NCBI GenBank assembly: GCA_016865035.1
Contig: CP018227.1
Location: 3,730,115 to 3,754,114 of the forward strand
Length of the DNA stretch: 24,000 nt
Reading direction: 5' to 3'
Source: Kordiimonadales bacterium IMCC3096
GTDB taxonomy: Bacteria; Pseudomonadota; Alphaproteobacteria; Minwuiales; Minwuiaceae
Both the position numbers and the translations under genes were made by a program. This document shows positions 9,602 through 18,056 of this stretch, in pieces. Every line of letters starts with the position of its first letter. The first letter of the stretch is position 1. A model generated the notes under the pieces. The model searched no databases. It saw only the letters and a list, made by a program, of their open reading frames with translations, and was not told the DNA's origin.

Positions 9602-10468
9602 ATGACCATTCAGCACAAGGCCCACTCACCCCGGTGCAACAGGGCGATTACCGCGATCCAGCAGGGGGAGGCCATGTCCCGTGGCACTGGATTCGAGGCT
9701 CTCAGCTTCACTCACCGCCAGCTCGACGGGCTGATGGACCCGCTGATCATGGTCGATCACTTCACGATGACCGAGCCGACTTTCGGCCCCCATGCCCATG
9801 CCGGTCTCTCGGCGGTCAGCGTCCTGTTCGAAGACAGTACCGGAACCTTCCGCAACAGGGACTCGCTGGGCAACGATATCGGGCTTGGCCCCGGCGACCT
9901 CTACTGGCTCAAGGCAGCGCGGGGTGCCGTACATGACGAAGCCCCGACACCGGGGTCAGCGACCCACGGCCTGCAGATCTTCGTCAATCTGCCCGATGCC
10001 GACAGGAAGCAGGCCCCGGCCTCACTGCATGTGCCTGCCGGACAGATACCGGTGCTGGAGGACCCGGGTTACCGGGTGCGGGTGATCACCGGTGAGAGCA
10101 ACGGCGTGACCGGTGCTGCACCGCCAGCGCTGCCGCTTGCCATCCTGGACATCACTCTGCAGCAGGGAGGGCGTTTCGCGCACACCGTCGCCCCCGACAA
10201 TGCCGCCTGGATTCACGCCATCCGCGGGGAGGTGATGGTTGATCTCGACGGCGAAACGCACCTGATCAGCGGCCAACAGGCTCTTGCCGTCCGCAATGCC
10301 CGTGTCATTGGCCTGTCGAGCGTGGCCGGGGGACAGGCGGTACTGCTCAGCGGCATGCCGCTGCGTGAGCCATTCATCCAGAAGGGACCGTTTGCCATGC
10401 GCAATGCAGAGGAACTGGCGGCAGTCGTCGCCGCGCATCAGGCCGGCGAACTGGGCGCCATCGGCTGA
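9602..10468 (+). CDS. Pirin-family bicupin protein
   Basis: Cupin metal-ligand pattern GPHAHAG ... GAVHDE, and a 288-aa length typical of pirins (YhaK/YhhW-like). A strong AGGAGG lies 6 nt upstream of the ATG. Confidence 0.85.
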   Translation: MTIQHKAHSPRCNRAITAIQQGEAMSRGTGFEALSFTHRQLDGLMDPLIMVDHFTMTEPTFGPHAHAGLSAVSVLFEDSTGTFRNRDSLGNDIGLGPGDLYWLKAARGAVHDEAPTPGSATHGLQIFVNLPDADRKQAPASLHVPAGQIPVLEDPGYRVRVITGESNGVTGAAPPALPLAILDITLQQGGRFAHTVAPDNAAWIHAIRGEVMVDLDGETHLISGQQALAVRNARVIGLSSVAGGQAVLLSGMPLREPFIQKGPFAMRNAEELAAVVAAHQAGELGAIG

Positions 10469-10524
10469 GTGCAGGTTCCAGCGGATTTCCGAGGGCCCGT
10501 GATGAGGCCGCTTCCGGCGCGGCG

Positions 10525-12684
10525 TCAGTTCAGGCCGAGCAACTGGACCCGGACGAACACGGACGTTGACGCCTCGATATCCCTGTCACTGGTGAAGTCA
10601 CGCACGGCACCGATCTGGAAGTCGAAGCATTCGTCGAGGTACTGCAGACCGATCTCGGCACGCAGGGAACCGCCGGAGCGGGTCAGGTCGTGGCGGTAGG
10701 CGCCGAACATCTTCCAGGAGTCAGCCACGGCGGCCGATGCCTCCATGTTCAGTTCCTCCACATTGCCGATGGCGACGCCGCCGCCGATTGCGGCCTGTGA
10801 AACATAACCGAGCTTCAGGCGATAGCGTTCGTCGCCTGCCTCGATCTGATGCTCATGGCGTTCCACGGTCGGTCCGTCCGCATCAAAGCGGAACCGCAGC
10901 GAATAATTGACCAGATCCGACGGTGCGATGCTCAGGCGTCCGACGAAGTCGGAGAAGCGGTCCTCCAGACCCGTGCCGACATTGGCGGAGCTTGTCTGGT
11001 TGAGGCGGATCGACTGCCCGATGATCAGGTCCGTCCGCCCGCCGCCCTCTCCGTGCAGGCCGAGCCGCAGGCCATAGTTCACCCTGCTGCCGCTTTCGAT
11101 CCGGTCGAAGCCGACAAAGCGATTGCGTTCGAAAAGATTGGCTTCGGAGAACTCGAAGCTCTGCGAGTCCTCGTTCGGAATGGCATCGGGATTGCCGCCG
11201 CCCGGGGAGGCGATGACCTGCACCACCGGCTCGACGGTCTGCATCAGGCGGCCTTCCTGTTTCACCATCGGCAACCGCCACATCAGGCTGGCCATGGGCC
11301 AGATCCGACCGGTGACCTCGTCGTCGTTCACCGCCGTGATGTCGGTACTCTGGGCCTCCGAGATCATGTAGCCGTCACCGCGAAGGTGCAGGCCGAATGT
11401 CATCAGATCACCGAACTGGCCAATGTGATCGGCGGCCCAGTCACCCTCCAGCGACAGCCTGCGCGTATCACGTCCGCTGGTACGTTGCAGGGCGACGGCG
11501 CTGAGTGTGCCGTCCAGCCGCCCGCCGACGGATGGCTCCGTACTCGTGGAATAACTCGCCAGTGGCAGCACGAAGGGGGTGTCCCCGTCCTTGTCGTTCT
11601 GCCGCAGGCTCTGGAAGGCGAAGAACTCGACCGACGCGGCATGACGGCCACGAATGCCCCGGAGATAGAGGTCGGAGGTCAGCACGTCGGCAGAACTTAT
11701 ATCGTAGCGTTGCAGATAGGTATCGTCGCTGGCCCGGTTCAGGTCGAAACCGGATTCGAAACCCCGGCCGACGTCGAACCGGCCTGCGGACTGGATATGG
11801 CCGCGAAATTCCTCCGCACCGGTCTTGCGGTTGCCGATGTCGACCTCGTCCACATAGGTGATGGAGCCAGTGGTATCGAATGTGCCGTTGTCGAAACGCT
11901 TGCGGTATTCACCGCCAAAGACCGCACCTTCCTTGGTGGTGATGCGTGGACTGAAGGTGAGGTCACTGGTGTCATCCAGCACCACATAGAGGGGCAGGGT
12001 CAGCTGGCCGCCCAGTTCCGTCGATGATCCGATGATCGGGGTCAGGATGCCGCTCTTGCGGTCGATGGTCGGGTCGGGGTGGTAGAAGTACGGCGTATAG
12101 AAGACCGGTACGCCGAACATCTCGAACATGGCGTCCTCGTACTCGACGATCTCCGTCGCTACGTCACGGGTTACCTTGCCGGACTTGATCTGCCAGATCG
12201 GTGGCCGGTCGGGATGTTCGGCACAGGACTCGCAGCGGGTGAACACGGCGCGTTCCAGCACGGTACGGTCCTCGCCCTCACGCCTGGCCACGCGGGCCGA
12301 GAGGCGGCTGCGGTCGGCGCGCTGGACCCGGATCTCGCGAATGATGCCCTGCTTGAAGCCGTCAGACAGCTCGACGTACTCGGCGAAGGCGACATCGCCG
12401 CTCGGCTCCCGCAGCATGACGTTCCCGGTTGCGGTGACAATGTCGTCGCGCTCGTTGTAGGTGACGACGTCGGCGAACAGGATCCGTTCACCTTGGGTGA
12501 TCTCGACATTGCCGCGCGCCGTGACGATGCCCAGATCGCGTTCGTAGATCATCTCGTCGGCTTCAAGCTCGGTCGGCAATGCCGGGTCGTCCGACTGCGC
12601 ATGCACCGCGCCCGGTATCAACAGGGCGATGGTCAGCAGCAACAGGGCCAGCAGCCCCGCGATTTCGGCGCGACGTGCCCTCAT
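10525..12684 (-). CDS. lptD: LPS-assembly outer-membrane protein LptD (OstA)
   Basis: Signal peptide MRARRAEIAGLLALLLLTIALLIPGAVHAQ. OstA N-terminal fold (ADEMIYERDLGIVTARGNVEITQGERILFADVVTYNERDDIVTATGNVML), then a long beta-barrel-like C-terminal region. The ATG overlaps the lptG stop (ATGA at 12681-12684). Confidence 0.85.
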   Translation of the reverse strand: MRARRAEIAGLLALLLLTIALLIPGAVHAQSDDPALPTELEADEMIYERDLGIVTARGNVEITQGERILFADVVTYNERDDIVTATGNVMLREPSGDVAFAEYVELSDGFKQGIIREIRVQRADRSRLSARVARREGEDRTVLERAVFTRCESCAEHPDRPPIWQIKSGKVTRDVATEIVEYEDAMFEMFGVPVFYTPYFYHPDPTIDRKSGILTPIIGSSTELGGQLTLPLYVVLDDTSDLTFSPRITTKEGAVFGGEYRKRFDNGTFDTTGSITYVDEVDIGNRKTGAEEFRGHIQSAGRFDVGRGFESGFDLNRASDDTYLQRYDISSADVLTSDLYLRGIRGRHAASVEFFAFQSLRQNDKDGDTPFVLPLASYSTSTEPSVGGRLDGTLSAVALQRTSGRDTRRLSLEGDWAADHIGQFGDLMTFGLHLRGDGYMISEAQSTDITAVNDDEVTGRIWPMASLMWRLPMVKQEGRLMQTVEPVVQVIASPGGGNPDAIPNEDSQSFEFSEANLFERNRFVGFDRIESGSRVNYGLRLGLHGEGGGRTDLIIGQSIRLNQTSSANVGTGLEDRFSDFVGRLSIAPSDLVNYSLRFRFDADGPTVERHEHQIEAGDERYRLKLGYVSQAAIGGGVAIGNVEELNMEASAAVADSWKMFGAYRHDLTRSGGSLRAEIGLQYLDECFDFQIGAVRDFTSDRDIEASTSVFVRVQLLGLN

Positions 12685-13775
12685 CCGTCTTCCAGATGGA
12701 ACATGGCCGCGACCGCTGACATGGTCGTGACAGCAGCGGGCGTCCAGGCGGCGAGAATGATGGGCAGCTTGCCCGCGGAGCCGAATGCTTCCACCAGATC
12801 GGTGATGAAGAAGACGCTGAAGCCGGCCATGGCACCGGAGAAGAAGACCCAGCCGGTGCCGCCCTTGCGGCGGCTGAGGCGGATGCAGAAGGTAGCTGCC
12901 AGCAGCACCATGGCCGACAGCAGCAGCGGCAGCGCCAGCAGGGAGTTCCAGTACAGGCGATGCGACAGCGCATTGAACCCGGAATGTTCCAGCAAGCCGA
13001 TGAAGCTCGGCAGTTCCCAGAACGACAGGGTTTCCGGCGCGGCAAGGCTGTCCACGATCTGGGCGAACGTGAGGGTCGTCGGGATGCTGGTCCGTGGCAG
13101 CAACTGGCGCGGACCGTTCGGCGAGGTGATGCGCGCGTTCTCCAGCAGCCAGGCACCCTCGACCAGTCTCGCGCGCTCCGCGTCCGTTCGGCTGTCGAAC
13201 GTGTCGTTCAGGCCATAGGTGAAGATCGTCACGTCGTTCAGGATTTCCCCGTCACCCGAGACACTGTTCGCATGGATCACCTGATGCCCCGTCCTGTTGA
13301 CTTCACGCAACCAGAGCCCCGTGCGTACCGACACGCTGATCAGGCTGCTCTCGCCCTTGAAGTACCGGTTGCTCAGCTGGTCATATCGCCCGCTCAGCGC
13401 CGCGCCGACAGGATTGACCACGGTCACCAGGATCGCGCCGGCGATTGCTGAGACCAGCAGCAGAGGCGTCAGGATCTGCCATATCGAGACTCCTGCCGCC
13501 CTGGCCACGACAAGCTCGCTGGAATTCGCCAGACGGGTAAGCGCCAGCATGGCGCCGAACAGGAAAACGAAGGGCCAGAGCTTCTGGATCGTGGCAGGCA
13601 GCTTCATCAGGGAAAGCTGCATGACGGCGAATATCGTGACATCCGGACGGTCACCTGCCTTGCGCAGGTGTTCGATGACCTCGACCGTGAACATGACCAC
13701 CACCAGCAGGCCAAGCACGATACCGGCGCCGATCAGGAATTGCCGGCCGATGTAGACGCCCAGCGTCTGAAGCAT
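12681..13775 (-). CDS. lptG: LPS export ABC permease LptG (YjgP/YjgQ family)
   Basis: Polytopic membrane protein with YjgP/YjgQ architecture: 3 TM, a periplasmic beta-jellyroll-like insert, then 3 TM. It is second of two paralogous permeases directly upstream of lptD. The track start at 13781 is TTG. The ATG at 13775 (MLQTLGVYIGRQFL) lies 2 nt after the lptF stop. Confidence 0.8.
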   Translation of the reverse strand: MLQTLGVYIGRQFLIGAGIVLGLLVVVMFTVEVIEHLRKAGDRPDVTIFAVMQLSLMKLPATIQKLWPFVFLFGAMLALTRLANSSELVVARAAGVSIWQILTPLLLVSAIAGAILVTVVNPVGAALSGRYDQLSNRYFKGESSLISVSVRTGLWLREVNRTGHQVIHANSVSGDGEILNDVTIFTYGLNDTFDSRTDAERARLVEGAWLLENARITSPNGPRQLLPRTSIPTTLTFAQIVDSLAAPETLSFWELPSFIGLLEHSGFNALSHRLYWNSLLALPLLLSAMVLLAATFCIRLSRRKGGTGWVFFSGAMAGFSVFFITDLVEAFGSAGKLPIILAAWTPAAVTTMSAVAAMFHLEDG

Positions 13776-13777
13776 TC

Positions 13778-14923
13778 TCAATCCCCTCCCGCGGTTCGGG
13801 CGGAGGAGAAATCAGGAGGCGGCGGCGCGGTCGCTGCAGCGCCGCCACCTGCACCGGGCCTGATCATGTAGAGACTGACCCCGATGCCGCTGGCGATCAG
13901 GAGGTAGAGCAGCACGAGAGCGAACGGTGAACTGCCGCCGGCCTGTACCAGGGCCAGTGCGGCGCCCTGGACCAGTCCCGCAGCGATGCAGGCAACAAGG
14001 ATGCGCCGTCCCTGTCCGCGGCGGTCGAATTCGCCCGACAGGATCGCGGCGATGGCGATCAGGCTGAAGGTGAGCGCCAGCAGCGGCAGGGCGACCCGCT
14101 TGTGCGCCTCCGCCTGCTGCCGCCAGTAGGCATCGCCCGTCAGCCCGGCGCCGGTTTCCAGCAGGGTAAGGATGCTCAGTTCCTCCAGCTTCTTGGGCCG
14201 GACGGGTACGGAACTGCCGAACATGTTCACTTCCAGCGTATAGCTGTCGAAGAACAGCAGGCTGACGTCGCCGCTGTTGGTGTCCCGTTCCTGGCGGTTG
14301 CCGCTGAGCAGCAGGATCTTCGGGCCATCGTCGCTGCGGATGATGGTGCCCTTTTCCGCCATCATCGTGACGGTCTTGTTCTTGTCCCGGTCGTCCTGGA
14401 TCAGCAACCCGCGCAGTTCACCCCCTGGATGACGTTCGCGGACGTATACCGTCAGCTTGCTCTGCAGCGGTGTGAACTGCTGTTCGCGCAGCACCAGCGT
14501 CGAATAGATGTAATGCCAGGCGAAGCGGGTATCGCGCATCGTCGTGTTGGCCAGCGGCATGAAGTAGAAGGTCATGGAGGCGACAACGGCGGCACAGGCA
14601 CAGCCGAGGATGATGCCGGGCCGCGCCAGTCGCATCCGGCTGAGACCCGCCGCACGCATCACCACCAGTTCACTGTCCGTGGACAGTCGCCAGTAGGCGT
14701 AGAGCATGCCGCAGAACAGGCCGATCGGCATCGTGACAGGCAACAGTTGCGGCAGCAGCAGCAGCGAGATGTAGGCGAATGCGCTGGCCGTCATGTCGTA
14801 ATTGATGATCTCGTCGACGAAGCGCAGCGCCTGCACGATCCAGATCACGCCGGTCAGCACCGACGTGACAAACAGGAACGGACCGATGGCCGTGCGGATC
14901 ATGTATCGACTGAGGGCGCGCAT
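13778..14923 (-). CDS. lptF: LPS export ABC permease LptF (YjgP/YjgQ family)
   Basis: MRALSRYMIRTAIGPFLF is a typical LptF N-terminus, with the same 3+3 TM architecture. It is first gene of the lptF-lptG-lptD chain and divergent from pepA, as in other alphaproteobacteria. Confidence 0.8.
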   Translation of the reverse strand: MRALSRYMIRTAIGPFLFVTSVLTGVIWIVQALRFVDEIINYDMTASAFAYISLLLLPQLLPVTMPIGLFCGMLYAYWRLSTDSELVVMRAAGLSRMRLARPGIILGCACAAVVASMTFYFMPLANTTMRDTRFAWHYIYSTLVLREQQFTPLQSKLTVYVRERHPGGELRGLLIQDDRDKNKTVTMMAEKGTIIRSDDGPKILLLSGNRQERDTNSGDVSLLFFDSYTLEVNMFGSSVPVRPKKLEELSILTLLETGAGLTGDAYWRQQAEAHKRVALPLLALTFSLIAIAAILSGEFDRRGQGRRILVACIAAGLVQGAALALVQAGGSSPFALVLLYLLIASGIGVSLYMIRPGAGGGAAATAPPPPDFSSARTAGGD

Positions 14924-14988
14924 GGCCGCGGAGTATAGCCTTCATGGCGTCATGTTAAAGATGGGGCAGCGCTCACAATTCGCGGCGT

Positions 14989-15017
14989 TTGCGCACCCCG
15001 CCAAACGCTGCAATATA
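14989..15017 (+). promoter_or_regulatory. Possible sigma70-type promoter for pepA (TTGCGC-N17-AATATA)
   Basis: Hexamers read by eye in the 158-nt lptF/pepA divergent spacer. There is no experimental or statistical support. Confidence 0.2.
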
Positions 15018-15081
15018 TGCGACATGAAAGGGGCACCGGTCCGGTGTCCGGCAGGAATCAATCGGGAGCGGGCGGAAACAG

Positions 15082-16584
15082 ATGGAAATCGAGATCAAGG
15101 GTGGAGCCATTCCGGGGCGCGGCGCGATCGCTGTTGCCATCGGCAAGGGGGGCAAGCTGTCGCCCGCTGCAACCGAACTGGACAAGACCACGGAGGGCGC
15201 GATCAAGCAGGTGCTGCGTGCCTCCCGCTTCTCCGGCAACAAGGGACAGCAGGCCGAGATCCTGGCCCCGCGCGGTACCCGGCTGGACCGGATCCTGCTG
15301 CTTGGCGTCGGCGATCCCGCCGACATGACCCAGAATGATCTGGAGGCCCTGGGCGGCAAGACCTACGCGACCTGGGCCAATTCCGGCGTGAAGCAGGGCA
15401 AGATCGTCATCGATTCGGATGGACTGGCGTCGAAGACCAAGCTGACCAAGGGCGCGATCCAGGCGCATATCGCCGTTGGTGCGCGCCTCGCCAGCTATCG
15501 TTTCGACAAGTACCACACGAAACTGAAGGACGAGGACAAGCCGACGCTGGAGACGCTGACCATCGGTGCCCGGTCGGCCGCTGCCGCGCGGGATGCCTTC
15601 GCGTCACTGGAACGCGTCGCCGAAGGTGTGTTCCTGACCCGCGATCTGGTGTCGGAGCCGCCCAACATCCTCTACCCGCAGACCCTGGCTGACCGTTGCC
15701 AGGAACTGACGAAGCTGGGCGTGAAGGTCGAGGTGCTGGGCGAGGCCCAGATGAAGAATCTTGGCATGGGCGCGCTGCTGGGTGTCGGGCAGGGGTCCGT
15801 CCGGGAGAGCCGCCTGGTGGTGATGCAGTGGAACGGTGGCCGCAAGAACAGTGCCCCGGTCGCCTTCATCGGCAAGGGCGTGACCTTCGATACCGGCGGC
15901 ATCTCCCTGAAGCCCGCTGCCGGCATGGAGGACATGAAGTGGGACATGGGTGGTTCCGCCGCCGTGATCGGTGCCATGGCGGCGCTTGCCGGGCGCGGTG
16001 CCAAGGTGAACGCTGTGGGTGTTGTCGGCCTGGTCGAGAACATGCCCGACGGCAATGCGCAGCGCCCCGGTGACGTGGTCACTTCCATGTCCGGTCAGAC
16101 CATCGAGGTTCTGAACACGGACGCGGAGGGACGGCTGGTCCTGGCAGATGCGCTCTGGTACACGCAGGACCGTTTCAAGCCGCAGTTCATGGTCAATCTC
16201 GCCACTCTGACCGGTGCCATCATCGTGGCGCTGGGATCGGAGCATGCCGGCCTGTTCTCCAACAATGACGAGCTGTCGGAGCGCCTGCAGGAGGCCGGCA
16301 AGGCGGTGGAGGAGAAGCTCTGGCGCTTCCCGCTGCACAAGAACTACGATGCCGACCTGAAGTCGCAGATCGCCGACATGCGCAACATCGGCACGGGACG
16401 TGGTGCGGGTTCGATCACCGCAGCACAGTTCCTGCAGCGCTATGTCAATGATGTGCCTTGGGCGCATCTGGACATCGCCGGTGTCGCCTGGTCGCAGAAG
16501 GCCTCCGCCACCGCGCCGAAGGGCGGCACGGGCTATGGCGTGCGGCTGCTGGACGAGCTCGTCAGGCGCTACTACGAGAGCTGA
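15082..16584 (+). CDS. pepA: Leucyl aminopeptidase (M17 family) PepA
   Basis: M17 signature NTDAEGRLVLADAL and metal-site context VGKGVTFDTGGISLKP. Length is 500 aa. Confidence 0.92.
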   Translation: MEIEIKGGAIPGRGAIAVAIGKGGKLSPAATELDKTTEGAIKQVLRASRFSGNKGQQAEILAPRGTRLDRILLLGVGDPADMTQNDLEALGGKTYATWANSGVKQGKIVIDSDGLASKTKLTKGAIQAHIAVGARLASYRFDKYHTKLKDEDKPTLETLTIGARSAAAARDAFASLERVAEGVFLTRDLVSEPPNILYPQTLADRCQELTKLGVKVEVLGEAQMKNLGMGALLGVGQGSVRESRLVVMQWNGGRKNSAPVAFIGKGVTFDTGGISLKPAAGMEDMKWDMGGSAAVIGAMAALAGRGAKVNAVGVVGLVENMPDGNAQRPGDVVTSMSGQTIEVLNTDAEGRLVLADALWYTQDRFKPQFMVNLATLTGAIIVALGSEHAGLFSNNDELSERLQEAGKAVEEKLWRFPLHKNYDADLKSQIADMRNIGTGRGAGSITAAQFLQRYVNDVPWAHLDIAGVAWSQKASATAPKGGTGYGVRLLDELVRRYYES

Positions 16585-16595
16585 TCCGGACAAGC

Positions 16596-17042
16596 ATGGC
16601 CGATGTCGCCTTCTATCACCTGACCCGGAAGCCGCTGGAAACAGCGCTTCCGGAACTGCTTGAGAAGGTGGTGGAGCGCGGCATGAAGGCTGTGGTGCGG
16701 GCAGGGGACGACGGGCGGGTCAAGGCGCTCAACGACCTGCTCTGGATCTATCGCAAGGATGCCTTCCTGCCGCATGGCTGTGCGGAGGATGGTCATGGCG
16801 CGTCGCAGCCTGTCTGGCTGACCTCAGGCGCGGACAATCCCGCCGGGGCGACCGTGCTGCTGCTGGTCGATGGCGTGGCTGCGGCGGACCTGGAAGGCTA
16901 CGACCGTTGTCTCGACCTTTTCGACGGACGGGATGAGGACGCGGTGGCCGGAGCCCGCGACCGCTGGCGCATGGCGCGTTCGGCTGGTCACAGCGTGACC
17001 TACTGGAAACAGGGGGAGCGGGGCTGGGAGAAGGGCGCGTGA
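16596..17042 (+). CDS. holC: DNA polymerase III chi subunit HolC
   Basis: N-terminus MADVAFYHLTRKPLETALPELLEKV is typical of alphaproteobacterial chi. Length is 148 aa. It lies 11 nt downstream of pepA (conserved pepA-holC pair). The start is trimmed from the track ORF start at 16458. Confidence 0.8.
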   Translation: MADVAFYHLTRKPLETALPELLEKVVERGMKAVVRAGDDGRVKALNDLLWIYRKDAFLPHGCAEDGHGASQPVWLTSGADNPAGATVLLLVDGVAAADLEGYDRCLDLFDGRDEDAVAGARDRWRMARSAGHSVTYWKQGERGWEKGA

Positions 17043-17136
17043 CCCTGGCCCGTCAGGGGCCTTGCCTTGTACCTTCCGGGGCGGGACAATCCACGAAAAG
17101 CCCCCGCACGGAGCATGGGGACGGGAGGATACGCAC

Positions 17137-18012
17137 ATGAGCGCACTTGCGGACAACGACTACAGCCATATCGGTGTCACGCCGCTGACCGGCGTCATGG
17201 GGGCCGAGATCGATGGTGTCGATCTGACCTCCGGCCTCAGTGATGCCGTGGTGGCGGAGATCGAGCAGGCCTTTGCCGATCATAGCGTCATCATATTCCG
17301 CAACCAGCATCTGGAGCCTGAAGACCAGAAGCGTTTCACGCGTCTGTTCGGCGAATTCGGTGTCGAGCCATATGTGAAGACAATGCCGGAACATCCTGAA
17401 GTCATTGAGGTGATCAAGGAAGCCAGCGAGATCGGCGTGAAGAACTTCGGTGGTAGCTGGCACTCCGACTGGAGCTTTCAGGAGGCACCGCCGCGCGCCA
17501 CGATCCTGCATGCCAAGGAAGTGCCGCCCTTCGGTGGGGATACCATGTTCGCCAACATGTACATGGCGTTCGAAACCCTCTCCAGGGGCATGCAGCGAAT
17601 GCTGGAGGGGATGCGGGTCGTCCACTCCGCGCGGCGTCCCTATGGTGTCGACAACAAGCTGTTCGGCACGGCCAGGCGGGCCATGACCATCATCAACACG
17701 GAAGAGGCGCACGCGGAACTCTGCCATCCGGCAGTGCGCACGATCCCGGAGACGGGCCGGAAGGCATTGTTCATCAATCCGGTCTATTCGATCCGGTTCG
17801 AGGACATGACGGAGGCGGAGAGCCGCCCCATCCTTGATTTCCTCAATGCCCATTCGACCCGTGCGGAGTTCACCTGCCGCGTGCGCTGGCAGCCCGGAAC
17901 GCTGACCATGTGGGACAACCGCTGTGTCCAGCACAACGCGATGAATGACTACGACGGATTCCGTCGCAGGCTGCACCGGACAACCGTCGCCGGTGCGCGC
18001 CCCAGCCTCTGA
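17137..18012 (+). CDS. TauD/TfdA-family Fe(II)/2-oxoglutarate-dependent dioxygenase
   Basis: HxD motif in WHSDWSF, GGDTMFANMY, a distal His in CVQHNA and RRLHRTT, giving the TauD-like layout. The ATG at 17137 is preceded by GGGAGGA. The substrate cannot be inferred. Confidence 0.85.
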   Translation: MSALADNDYSHIGVTPLTGVMGAEIDGVDLTSGLSDAVVAEIEQAFADHSVIIFRNQHLEPEDQKRFTRLFGEFGVEPYVKTMPEHPEVIEVIKEASEIGVKNFGGSWHSDWSFQEAPPRATILHAKEVPPFGGDTMFANMYMAFETLSRGMQRMLEGMRVVHSARRPYGVDNKLFGTARRAMTIINTEEAHAELCHPAVRTIPETGRKALFINPVYSIRFEDMTEAESRPILDFLNAHSTRAEFTCRVRWQPGTLTMWDNRCVQHNAMNDYDGFRRRLHRTTVAGARPSL

Positions 18013-18056
18013 CGCACTTTCGCCTGCCAGTTCACACCTCTTTCAGGACGATCCCC

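Noticed and set aside
8433-10524. Possible mobile-element boundaries around the lysR/pirin insertion (shared heptamer TTTCCGA near 8530 and 10487)
   Set aside because: A single shared 7-mer between two spacers of about 60-130 nt is expected by chance. There are no terminal inverted repeats, no integrase or transposase, and no tRNA target. By eye the composition looks like the rest of the window.
10849-13218. ORFs 10849..12027(+) and 12079..13218(+) opposite lptD and lptG
   Set aside because: These are shadow frames of well-supported envelope genes. 12079..13218 even crosses the lptD/lptG junction, which is inconsistent with a real gene.
13778-13870. Gly/Ala/Pro-rich C-terminal tail of LptF (PGAGGGAAATAPPPPDFSSARTAGGD)
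   Set aside because: It is probably a lineage-specific disordered tail or slight read-through before the lptG start. There is no independent signal of function, and it is not checkable from this window alone.
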